Positions 11,116 to 22,220 of a DNA stretch of 32,606 nucleotides are shown here, piece after piece. Both the position numbers and the translations under genes were made by a program. The DNA is from Octopus bimaculoides. Taxonomy: Eukaryota. Positions within the stretch are counted from its first letter, which is position 1; each line of letters begins with the position of its first letter. The stretch covers positions 41,537,676-41,570,281 of the forward strand of contig NC_068985.1 in the NCBI RefSeq assembly GCF_001194135.2, in the 5' to 3' direction. Below the pieces are notes generated by a model. The model made no database searches. It saw nothing but the letters and a program-made list of their open reading frames with translations, and was not told the origin of the DNA.

Positions 11116-12691
11116 ATATTCGGGACCAGAAAACGCCTAGTAATACATTGTCCTTCAATAGAATTGTCTCCTAGAAGCAACGTAAATTGATTGCGGTTGC
11201 CTTTAACGAAAAGTAATAGAGGCATCGGGACAGTTTTTCGTCTTTGTCTTCTATTTAAACACTAATTTAAAATAAAAATTACATGTAATATGATATACTC
11301 TTTTGTAGCCAATAATAGAGTATCTTCGGAAATAACAAACACAAGTCCTTCCATTCTAATTACATCTAGGTTTTATTAAACGGTGGTAGAACTCATTGAA
11401 CAATGTAATCCTAAAAACAATTTGTCAGAATTGAAGGTGTTCATAGTCATGTCCTTGTCCTTTGATTATTGGTCCGCTTGATCAGGGCTTGTTGGAGCTA
11501 AACAAGAACTGCTCAGTCTATCACACGATAGTTAACTTGCCCGAGGCAAATGCCTAAAATTATATTTTTCTTTTAAAGAAGATCGTAGATAAAGTATTTT
11601 TAGATGTACTGTGTCTGAATAAATGACGAGACAGCTACCACTTGGACGTCTTTAATAATAGGTCTGTCTAATAATAGCAAATGTGGCGCTAAACAACAAC
11701 AGCAATAACCATACAGACGTTCGTCTAAGTAACTTCCTGTAAATATTTACATAGAAATTAAGGAAGAAATAGAACGTTAAAACATGGCACACGAATACAC
11801 CAAAAGACTTAACAACAATTACGGTTAACTGTACTTCTAAAGTAGGTTAAAACGCATGCATGAATTATAATAAATACACAGATATTATTAACTTGATTGG
11901 GCAAGTTAACACGCTTGCCAGATACAAAATGATTGGAACAGACATCGTAAAAACATCAACTGAAGCGCACAGAAATCTTCGGAAACCAAAAGGAGCTCAC
12001 AGAAATGGAAGGATGTCTACGAAATTCACAGAAACTTGTAAAAATTAACAGATATTTAGAAAAATCTATTAGAATCCACGGAAGCTCTAATAATGTGTCG
12101 AAATTCGCGCGCGCGCGCACACATTCAAAGGAAAGCAAACGAGAATGCGTTGAAATTTCAATTCTGCAAAAATCCGTGGAAGCTCAGTGAAGTACTTGGA
12201 AATTTCGACTACATGGTGCTCCTTTTCATGTACGCTTCTAAATACCTGCACATATTATGAACAGGGTAAGATCCTCAATGTGAAGCAATGTGGTAAGGCT
12301 GGATGTTAGCAGCGTTAGTTATGACATTTTGGAGGAGAGTTTGGTGAGGAATAAAAAATAATCTAACGTTTGCGGACTAAAGTACTTCGGGGTATTTGTA
12401 CCTGAAACGTCACACTGTTTCAATCTTTGCAGTAACTAAATTTGCTAACACCTACAAACCCTCTTGAATATCATATTTTGAATAGCTTCACTGCCCAAAC
12501 AGAAAAGGGAAATTACTGACAGGTTGGTTACCAAAGTGGAAAACCAGCCCTCGCGAACTAACGTAAGACTTACTAATTGGTCTCTTTAACTATCTTTAAT
12601 AAATAAGAAAAGACACAAATAATCTATTCTTAAAAAGACAGGCTATAAACAGTTAAAATGCCATTGGTGATAGGTTTGTTCAATTGTGACC

Positions 12692-12861
12692 AGTAAAAAA
12701 GTCACAGGAAAAAGTCAGTAATAAAATCACAATTTTGGCTAGGAAAAAAGTCACAATTAATTTATGGGATCGGACAAAACCCCCTAGGATAAAACGCCCT
12801 CGGACAACCCCACCCCACTCGGACAAAACCCCTGTTACTTTTTTCCTGTGACTTTTTTACC
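12692..12861. mobile_element. Small MITE with (G)GTAAAAAAGTCACAGGAAAAAAG TIRs and internal CGGACAAAACCCC-like direct repeats
   Basis: 12692-12717 is nearly the reverse complement of 12834-12861. About four degenerate GGACAAAACCCC units lie at 12771-12832. No TSD identified. Confidence 0.65.
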
Positions 12862-13159
12862 TACCTGGATTCGTTCAATTGGGGTTGACCTAAACGGATG
12901 AGGCAAGCATTGGAAGGCATACATGGTTGAACAAAACACAGTATCTCACAAAGTCTACGTAACCCAAGAACAGATGCCAGACAGTTTTGACGATCATGTA
13001 ACAGCAAACTTGTGACCTCCAAAGTTGACAGATTTAAATCCTTCGTTTAAAGCGTTGCTGAAAGGGAGACTGATCGACACTCTCACAATGCTATTGCTTC
13101 ATTGAAGGCCACCAGTGTCCAGGTCATGTCTGAAAGGAATAAGAACCACCTAGTGTAGG

Positions 13160-13325
13160 CAGGGCCGGCCCTAGGGTTGCTGGCGCCCCGGGCAAGCTGA
13201 ATTTCGGTGCCCTTACAAGTATAATTTCTTTTAATTTCACAAGGAGAAAAACTGAAAATGTAGACTAAAATGTACATGGCGCCCCGGGTGAGTACCCGAG
13301 TTGCCGGTACCTTGAGCCAGCCCTG
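13160..13325. mobile_element. hAT-superfamily MITE
   Basis: Ends are CAGGGCCGGCCC ... GAGCCAGCCCTG. 8-bp TSD AGTGTAGG (13152-13159) / AGTGTAGA (13326-13333). GGCGCCCCGGG is repeated subterminally. Confidence 0.88.
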
Positions 13326-14509
13326 AGTGTAGACATGTCAATGATTTCAATCTCACCTCGAAGCAGTCATCGAAACTTAAGGCAGATTCATTGAATAATC
13401 TCATTAAAAAAAAGTATATCGAGATGTGCACATTTTTAAAAATTAAAATACATTTGTTGTTTGCTTGATTAGAGTTATTTTATTAAATTATTAAATATAT
13501 CCTCAAATACCTCTCGAACTCTAATATGGTTGCAAGGAATACATACAAATCCAGTGGCTTGCCTTTTTTTCTTCTCTACAATGGAAAAAGCAAACCACTG
13601 GATTTGGTTTAAAAGAGACGATGAGCAATGACTAAAAGAATATTGAGCAAAACCTTATAACCAGTTGATCTAGCAAGCGGCACCTCATTTCAGTGAGGAG
13701 GGAGGTGTCGGTGCGCAATGATGCTATCGAGAAGCAGGCCCCGAAATAGTGAGCATTCTCTCCTGATGACCCCATAATCTTCCTAGCATCTGGTATGCGG
13801 AGCTTTGAACTGGTAGCTCTTGCATCTGCAAATTGTTTGCAAAAAATCTTGTTAGAATAATAAAACCTAGATCCTCAGACAAAGAAAATACATACATGTA
13901 ATCCTTTTAGAAGTGTTTGTTTTTTGCCATAGGTAGGTCGAATAAATGACATAATTTTGATGGAATAATTTATATTAGAGATCACCTTGGTGAGAAATTT
14001 AGTACTAATCTAACAATAAAAATATATCAATAAAATATATCAAGGCTATAATTTCATTGAAAATAGGTGATGAGAGAAGGGAGCGGGAATGACTAGAGGA
14101 CCTTAAATTTACTGCTGACTGAAACCCTTATGATGCTACAGTCTTCAAGTTACCCCCATTTCTTCTCTTACCACTTAAATTTCTGACATTAGAAGCCTAA
14201 TTTTCATTTTATTGATAATTTTTTTCATTTCTCTTTCCTCATGGCGATTTGGATGCCACATTACTTTGAAATTAATAAAATCTATTATGTATCATTATTA
14301 TGTAATTATATGTAATGATGTCCTATGCCAATGAAACAGCTGTTGAGTACAATTAAATTATGAAGTATATATGTGTAATTTCTGCTTTTCTGCTTTTAGC
14401 TCTAAATAATTTTAATGATATATAGATTAACTCTGAAACAGGCAGAAGTGATCAACAAAAATAATAGTCTTTCATGTTAATATTTTCTTATAGCTTCTTA
14501 GCCACCTGG

Positions 14510-14770
14510 ACAACTTAACGAGGGGCATCTCTATGTGGTCACTCAATTTGTCAGAAATAGCAGCTAAATTTTCAACAAATCATAACTATTTTTAAAACGG
14601 AAGACGTAGCTTAGGTTCTCAAAAAAAATATACGAAAAAAAAAAACCAAGGGAGAATCACTTGCTAGAATAATTTTCACCACAGGTCTGCTCAATCAGGG
14701 CCATCCTAGGGCTAGACGACGACGACAACAACAACAACACCAACAGCAACAACAGCAGCAACAACAACCT
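14510..14770 (+). mobile_element. Interspersed repeat family C with (CAA)n tail
   Basis: GTGGTCACTC..AGAAATAGCAGCTAAAT and AGGTCTGCTC.ATCAGGGC..GGGCTA+(CAA)n. Related pieces at 11400-11510, 26590-27110, 27190-27270 (-) and 29950-30075. Confidence 0.55.
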
Positions 14771-15060
14771 AGTTTTCAGTGGCGTTGCAATGATCAAATG
14801 GATTAAGGCTTTGTATCTCTATTTTACTCGTTTGTTTGTGCAGTCAGGCTTCAATTCGGTTACAAATAGTTATTTTCTTCCAATACAAAGCTAAACGTCC
14901 GTTTGAATATTTCATCAAAAAATTTTACAAGTCGGATGAAAAGAATCAAATCAAAATTTTTCTCTGATGTTCATTTGATCGTTCGCTTATCGTTTTGAAT
15001 TACAGATAATTTACAATTCGTCACGTGAGTGTGATCGTGTTTTCCTTTAATGGCTAAGTA

Positions 15061-15101
<41 letters not shown>

Positions 15102-15399
15102 GTTCTCAGAGAGAGATGTCTATTTTCGTATGTGCCAATGTATGTATGTTTGTATGCACACGTGTATCTGTCAGTATGCATTCATACATGCATATATGTA
15201 TGTATGTATGTATGTGTAAGTGTGTGTATGTAAGTGTATGTATGTGTGTATATATGCATATGTGTGTGTGTATGTAAGCATATGTATGTATATGCATGTA
15301 TGTGTGTGTATGTATGTATGTAGGCATAATTGCATGTATGTACATAACAACGTATGAATGTAAGTACGAATGTATGTAGGTATTTTCTTTTTTTTTTTT

Positions 15400-15620
15400 T
15401 GCTTTATTTGTTTCAGTCACTGGACTGCGGTCATACTGGGGCACTGTTTTGAAGGGTTTAATCTGACAAATCGATTCCATTAATAATTTTTGTCATGTTC
15501 TTATTCTACCGGACCTTTTGCCGAACTGCTATGTTACGGAGGAGGGAAGATGTAAACAAACCAACACCGGTTGTTAAGCAGTGGGGTGACAGACAAAAAC
15601 ACAAGGACACACACACACAT
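15400..15620 (-). mobile_element. SINE family B 3' half
   Basis: TTTGTTTCAGTCA.TGGACTGCGG, CTTTTGCCGAAC and GTAAACAAACCAACACCGGTTG are reverse complements of family B motifs. Confidence 0.8.
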
Positions 15621-15820
15621 AGAACAAATAATGAAGGATTATCAATCCGGGCAAAATACATCATAAGCTCTCCGTTGGCTCACCAGGCAAACAATATTAC
15701 TTAGATTAGCGAAGAACACCTGGTAATCTTTTGGTAGGGTCCAAGGTTATGGCACATCACAATTCTATATTGTTAATCCGTGGATGGTCTCCGGACAAAC
15801 TGGTTTTTATACAGAGTGAT

Positions 15821-16052
15821 ATATAAGAAACAAGTTTAAAATAATTGTCATTACATATTATTCTTTTATTGGAGCAAATTTGGCTTACAGCTGTTTCCAG
15901 TAGCCATTATAGGTACATTACTGATAGGAAGCGATCAATTGAGTAAACTTTTCAATAATATACCTGTAATGATTACTGGAAAAAGCTGTAAGCCAAATTT
16001 GCTCCAATAAAAGAATATGTAATGACCATTATTTTTATCTTGTTTCTTATAT
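15821..16052. repeat. Long inverted repeat built from two 5'-truncated hammerhead/PLE terminal-repeat-like copies
   Basis: Arms are ~100 bp (15821-15923 and 15953-16052), including a perfect 34-bp match (15859-15892 vs 15984-16017), with a ~29-nt spacer. The left arm on the minus strand contains CAGUA..UACUG-GAAAC-AGCU-GUA-AGCCAAA. Confidence 0.85.
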
Positions 16053-16305
16053 GTATATATATATAACAGGCTTCTCTTTCAAGGCATGGAACACAGTATC
16101 ACGCAGATGCTACATGAAAATTTTCTTCAGAATACACGTGGCAGTGAAAAACTCAACTAGATCTATGCTCATTCATTTAGTATGTCACTAATACGTCGGA
16201 CCCAAAGGGGGAGTATATTACTTGGAGAGGTTTTGGAATCATCGCCACCTTTTTTTTTTGCGGAACTTTAATCTCTATATTTCTTGAAAAGTGTAGTAGT
16301 GCTGT

Positions 16306-16542
16306 AAGAAGGTTAACTTTTTAGACATTACATTGTATCTGGATTGAGGATTATATTTTTCGTATAGCAAACGTAACAAGAGCCTTCGTTACATCCATAG
16401 ACAATCATACCATCCCAAATATGTTGTCGATGGATTAATTTGGAATATCTCGATTAGGGTTTCCAACCTGTCCGCCAGAGAACAGATGTTTTACAATAAT
16501 ACTGAATACTATAATGAGACTCTTATGCGGGGTGGATACAAC
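16306..16542 (+). pseudogene. Second Penelope-like RT remnant (motif E + thumb), different family, Naiad/Chlamys-like
   Basis: The frame of ORF 16486 extended upstream reads KKVNFLDITLYLD*GLYFSYSKRNKSLRYIHRQSYHPKYVVDGLIWNISIRVSNLSAREQMFYNNTEYYNETLMRGGYN. This matches the PLE pattern VNFLDxTL...Y.K.N....YI...S.HP......I..RIS..S.....F.....YY...L...GY. Clade assignment is from recall. Confidence 0.75.
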
Positions 16543-16971
16543 GATAGAATTAAGATTATCCTAGATACTAAAGTTAGACTGGTCCCGAAAGGTTATAGAG
16601 ATACGGATAATTTTAATAGTTCTAGTGGTGGGCATTTACTGAAAGTCTCACTGTCCAATACGGGTTGGGTGACTTTGGAACCCGTGACAAGACCCAGTGG
16701 ATTACATGGGATACCATCTCACTACGGCAACGGTTTCACCTCTATGATGGGGTCACCTGGCCTAACGGTTACCTCAGAAACATTACTCAGAATACTAGGC
16801 GGACGGCCGAAACTTTATACATGTGTTGTGTGTGCTCACACGCGCATAAAGATGCGCACATGCATAAGCATTATATTTATATATTTAGATATATTCACAT
16901 ATACATACAAACACATACTTATGGATGTAGTTAGCTAAACTGACTTATTTGTACGTATGCACGCTGTATGT

Positions 16972-17009
<38 letters not shown>

Positions 17010-17701
17010 CATATATATGTATGTGTGTATGTATGTATACATTCATACATATACTTTTAACGCAGTAATAACTATGTTTATTAAATCTCCTGTTGAAGTC
17101 GGTATTAAATAATTGAGAAATAAATAAAAATTCCGCTATTTCCTTTAGAAGTATTTTCTAATTAGAATCTGCAATGTCTATTTAATAATAATAATTATGA
17201 AAATTTAAAAATATATATATATATATATATATTATTATTATAATGTGTAACGATTGATACTCATTATGATTATGATAACGACGACGACTATGCTGAATTT
17301 AACGACGACGACAACGATGACGACGACGATGACGACGATGATGATGATGATGATGAGGAGGAGGAGGAGGAGAAAGAATGACAGAGACAGACGGAAAGAA
17401 AGAGAAGTGTAGAAGAAAAAAAAATATTTCCAAGAATTATTAGATGGCAATCGCAATATAATAAACTGCAGAAAATTGAGACGAACTCCAGAAGACTTCC
17501 AGAATCTTAATCATAGCAGAAAGGAAGAAAGAAGGAAGAAAGGAAGGAAAGAAATCGTATTGGCAGGGAGGGAGGCAAGAAGAAAGGAGGAATTTCCAAA
17601 CATCAAAGGAAAAGCTACCAATATAGGCCTTTGAAGATTTATTTATACTTATGAAAAAAAATTATCTCATTCTTCTTCTTTCTCCACTCCCCTTCAATAT
17701 C

Positions 17702-17750
<49 letters not shown>

Positions 17751-17837
17751 TTCTCTCTCTCTCTCTCTCTCTCTCATGTTTGCCTTTCTTCCCTCCACTG
17801 TCGTGCTTTTCTGTTAGCTTGTACACATATACTCACG

Positions 17838-17884
<47 letters not shown>

Positions 17885-18283
17885 ATATATATATGATATA
17901 TATATGTTATATATATATATATATATGTATATATGATATATATATATATATATGATATATATATGATATATATATATATACATACACATGTTGTGTGTGT
18001 TTGCGCGTTTGTGCGTATGTGAGTGCGTGTGTGACTGTGCGTGCAATCATATCTATTAATCTATAATTAAAAAAACACTTATGTACACACAGAAACACCA
18101 TACAAACCCACCTAAAACACACACACAAACAATCACATAAACAGACAAATACACACACACACACACACACGCACACAAACAACAAAATAACAAACATTAT
18201 ACACACACTCACACACACACATATCTGTACACGGATGCATGCATGCGTGTATGTGCGTATGACTTGCGAGATACATACATCTG

Positions 18284-18435
<152 letters not shown>

Positions 18436-18519
18436 CTCACGCATAGATATGTGTACATATTTTCCACCGCTATATCTACTGCTTTTCCTGTTATCTATTA
18501 ATGTGATTCAGCTTCTTAT

Positions 18520-18880
18520 ACTTCATCATCAGCATCAGCATCCTCCTCCTCCTCCTCATCATCATCATCGTCATCACAATCATTATCATCATCATCGTCA
18601 TCACAACCACCGCTACCATCATCATTTACATACACGCCATCGCCCAGTCATCGTTCACTGTGCCCCACTTTGCGTGCAAAGCCAGCTCCACAACAGACCA
18701 ACGGCCCACCCTTGGCTGTTCCGTCTCCCCTTTCTCCTGTTTCAATGCATCATCTTCCTACCTCCTACCATCCTCTTTGTTCCTCTTACAGCACCTTACC
18801 AAAACCCGCCATTGTATCACCTCACGTCCATCATCACCGCCACCAAGACCATCTCCACCACCACCACCACTATCACCGTC
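18520..18880. repeat. Degenerate (CAT)/(CCT)/(CAC) triplet low-complexity tract
   Basis: Read directly. It explains the His/Pro-rich pseudo-ORFs. Confidence 0.85.
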
Positions 18881-18896
18881 AATATAATGACAATCC

Positions 18897-19254
18897 ATTC
18901 TACTATAGGCACACAGACTGAAATTCAGGAGAACGGGGTAAGTCGATTACATAGACCTTAGTACACAACTTATTTCAGTACTTGTTTTATCGACCTCGAA
19001 ATAATGAAAGGTAAAGTCGACCTCAGTGGAATTCGAACTCGGAATGTGAAGAGCTGGAAGAAATGCTGCTACGCATTTTGGTCAACACGCTAACAATTCT
19101 AGCAGCTCGCCGGCTTCATCATCCTTTCTACTAAAAGCACAACGCCTGAAATTTTGGAGCAGGGGTTTACAACGACCCCAGTACTCCACGGGTTCTCAAT
19201 TTATCAACCTCGAAAGGATGAAAGGCAGACTTTGAACTCAGAACGTAAGACGGA
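18897..19254 (-). mobile_element. Two tandem SINE family A copies (18897-19112, 19124-19254)
   Basis: Reverse complements of the family A motifs (GAAAGGTAAAGTCGACCTC, GAACTCGGAA, CAGCTCGCC). The second copy lacks its head next to the 19272 SINE. Confidence 0.85.
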
Positions 19255-19271
19255 CATATACATACATATGT

Positions 19272-19648
19272 GGAGGCGCAATGGCCCAGTGGTTAGGGCA
19301 GCGGACTCGCGGTCATAGGATCGCGGTTTCGATTCCCAGACCGGGCATTGTGAGTGTTTATTGAGCGAAAACACCTAAAGTTCCACGAGGCTCCGGCAGG
19401 GGATGGTGGCGACCTCTGCTGTACTTTTTCACCACAACTTTCTCTCACTCTTACTTCCTGTGCCTGTAATTCAAAGAGTTAGCCTTGTCACACTGTGTCA
19501 CGCTGAGTATCCCCGAGTACTACGTTAAGAGTACACGTGTCTGTGGAGTGCTCAGCCACTTGTACGTTAATTTCACGAGCAGGCTGTTCCGTTGATCGGA
19601 TCAACTGGAACCCTCGACGTCGTAAGCGACGGAGTGCCAACAAACAAA
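19272..19648 (+). mobile_element. Full-length tRNA-headed SINE (family D)
   Basis: Head GGAGGCGCAATGGCCCAGTGGTTAGGGCAGCGGACTCGCGGTC..GGTTTCGATTCCC has A and B boxes. Candidate 12-bp TSD ATACATACATAT at 19258-19269 / 19649-19660 (low complexity). Confidence 0.88.
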
Positions 19649-20099
19649 ATACATACATATAGATATATACATACACATATAAACAAAAACAAACTTTAGG
19701 TTGTTCGTATATGTTTAGGAGATATAATGAACTTCTAGAAGCAATTTCAGTGCAGTTTACTGTGAAGAAGAAATTTTCACTTAATGTAAAATATGCTATC
19801 TTCAGTTCAAATCGCTTTATGTTGCCCGCTGGATAAGCATTCACTGGCTCTTGCCATATTCACCACCCGATACCAAAGGGAGGTAACCATGAACTGGGCT
19901 AGATTCTGTTGAGGAAGTCTGGAAGTCACTTCCTGCACGCCACCGATGTTTATCCAAAGTTAAGCCACCGTCTTGGGCTCATACATTGTGGCGTTTGTAT
20001 TGTCACAGGTGTTGCTGTCAGAACGTAAAGAGCAAGTACGGATATTGCAAGGCATCTCGCCCGTCTCTGTAATCGTTACGCCGATCCTCACCCTGTGGT

Positions 20100-20240
20100 A
20101 GTTGGTAGTTTTTTGTCTTTACTCTGAAAGAATGAAAGGCAACGTTGACTTTGGCAGAGTTTGAACTCGGGTCTCGAAGAGTCTGAACAAATACCACAAA
20201 GAATTCTAGCCAACACTGTAACGACTCTACCAATTGACCG
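20100..20240 (-). mobile_element. Degenerate SINE family A fragment
   Basis: GAATGAAAGGCAACGTTGACTTTGGCAGAGTTTGAACTC resembles the reverse complement of the family A body. Confidence 0.65.
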
Positions 20241-21256
20241 TCTTTGCTGTAAACATTAAAACATCAATACACTCGCCTCTCCTGGGTCGACCGAAACCTG
20301 TGAGTGTCATTCGGAAAACAGAAATGGTGAGGGAGCCCATTAGAAGGGCCATTCTTGTTCGTAGGTTGTAATCTTAATAAGTCATCTAGCTGAAAACCAC
20401 TGCCTAAGGTTTGTCAGTCTTTAACATAGTTTATTCGGTTGCGGACATTCCGGTCAGGACTCTCTGGTCTACAAGATGATTTCCTGCAACCTATCAGCGA
20501 TGCCTTGAAAAAGGTCAAGAACGCTGGCTTTCCTCCTCTGACTTAGCCCTTAAAAATACACCCGCACGCTCGCGCGCACACACACATAGATGCATTCCTT
20601 CCGAGTTTATGAAATACATACCAGTCATGTATTGGAATCAATTTTAATGGAATACGTGATCTTGTATCTATATTAGAAAACTTTGTTATATATAAGTGTG
20701 GTGCTTGGCAGAATCGGTAGAGTAATAAAAAAAAGAAGAAATCTGCTATATAATTATGTCAATTTTGCCTCTCATGCTCCCGTTGATTATAGAAATCAGA
20801 GATTATTAGAAATCGTTATCACTGTTGCTGTTTTCATATCAATTAAGTTCTTCATTATAAACTGGTTGTTTTTCAACAAGAGACTTCAGCGTTACTTTCC
20901 ATAAAGAACTACTTCGGAATGTTAGCTAATCCTAAGAGTGCAATTTCCTGAAACTGTTTGACTCATAGTTTTTCTTTCTTCTTTTTTTTTTTTTTTTTCT
21001 AGAAGCTATTTGGAACATCTGTTGAATCTCTTTTGTTATTAGACTACTGATAAATTCAATGGCAACTGATATTTTCATTTCAGGGTACCATATTCTTTTA
21101 AACTCAATTTTACTTTCTTGGCGTCGTTTTCCGATAGATTTTTGCATCGTCTGAGACGATGAGTTTTCGTCTACGTATCGTAAACTAAAATGTCTTGTCA
21201 AAAGGCTGCAATGGTTTTATCTATGTTAATAGTCTTGGTTTATATAAAAGACGCAA

Positions 21257-21650
21257 GTATCGCAGTGTGGTTAAAAAGCTCGCTTTGCAACCACGAGATA
21301 CTGAGTTCAGTCTCACTGCGCAGCACCTTGTGCAAGTGTCATATTATATTCCCTGACATACCAACAATGTTTGTGAATTTTGTTGACGGAAACTGTGTGG
21401 AATCCCATGGTACATATACATTTATATATGTGCATGTATGTTGTATTTATGTTTGTCCCTCATCACTTGACAACCAGCGTTGGTTGGTTTTCGTTCCCGT
21501 AACATTAGCGGTTCGGCAAAAGAAACCGATAAACTAAGTACCAGACGTAAAAATAAGTACTGAGGTTAATTTGTTCATCCAAACCCCTTAATGCAGTGCC
21601 CCACCATGGCCGCAGTCCAATGGCTGAAACAAGTAAAAGATAAAAGATAC
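21257..21650 (+). mobile_element. SINE family B, near full length
   Basis: tRNA-like head (GTGTGGTTAA...GAGTTCAGTC), GACGGAAACTG, internal microsatellite, CTTGACAACC..CCCGTAAC.TAGCGGTTCGGCAAAAGA, and tail CATGGCCGCAGTC..TGAAACAAGTAAAAGATAAAAGA. Homologous pieces recur elsewhere in the window. Confidence 0.85.
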
Positions 21651-21920
21651 TTGATTTGTCATCTACGTATGTGGCTGTTTTTGTTGATATGTTAGAATCG
21701 GTGCCCATTCACTTTAAGTCCGAGTTACTTGGAAACTGACCAGTGTCAATAGTAACTTAACATTTAATTACGCATATAATCCTATTCTCTACACACCAAT
21801 GTAGAACAACCAGTCAAAAGGTCCCACGTGTGCAGCACATTCAGATATATAATACATGGTCGACTACGCCTTGTGGATGAAATTTGGTAGGCGGAACCGT
21901 TCTTGCTCATGGTTTTAACA

Positions 21921-22130
21921 AACACCAGCATTTTCTATATTTAAGAGATGAAGAATCATGTACATTATTTTCATTATTTATATTTGTCCGTAACTCGTGT
22001 TTGTTGTTAACACAACGTTTCGGCTTATATACCCTCCAGCCTTCATCAGGTGTCTTGGGGAAATTTCGAACTTGTTATATAACATCGAACGATGTTATTA
22101 TTATTATTATTATTATTGTTATTATTATTA

Positions 22131-22166
<36 letters not shown>

Positions 22167-22220
22167 TCACTTCCTGGAATCGAATTCCAGGTCAAGCTTC
22201 GTGGAATTTAGTCACAGCAC
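21921..22220 (-). mobile_element. Hammerhead-bearing retroposon: B-box-like arm + (AAT)n linker + hammerhead + AT-rich tail
   Basis: On the minus strand, ATTCGATTCC (B-box-like, within 22173-22191) is followed by GTGACCTG, then (AAT)n at ~22162-22095, then the hammerhead at 22054-22009. Boundaries are approximate. Confidence 0.55.
22009..22054 (-). ncRNA. Minimal type-I hammerhead ribozyme
   Basis: Minus strand reads GACAC-CUGAUGA-A-GGCU-(12-nt loop)-AGCC-GAAA-C-GU-U-GUGUU. Both catalytic boxes are present. Stem I is GACAC/GUGUU, stem II is GGCU/AGCC, and stem III is a loopless palindrome (ACGU). Predicted cleavage after GUU, between 22014 and 22013. Confidence 0.82.

Noticed and set aside
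13735-13775. GAAA ... CTGATGA as a permuted hammerhead
   Set aside because: The flanking CCCC/CCCC cannot form stem II and there is no stem I hairpin.
14051-14336. Possible MITE (TTTCATTGAAAATAGG vs CCTATGCCAATGAAA)
   Set aside because: The arms are short and imperfect, and no TSD was found.
19272-19345. tRNA gene
   Set aside because: It has A/B boxes but no acceptor stem closure or poly-T terminator, and it runs into a SINE body.
19807-19890. Plus-strand AG...GAG|GTAACC candidate exon
   Set aside because: Weak sites, and neither open frame resembles a known protein.
21145-21161. Small hairpins such as CATCGTC-TGA-GACGATG, CTTCG/CGAAG (4136-4152) and TGGAGC/GCTCCA (30669-30684)
   Set aside because: Stems of 5-7 bp are expected by chance in 32 kb.
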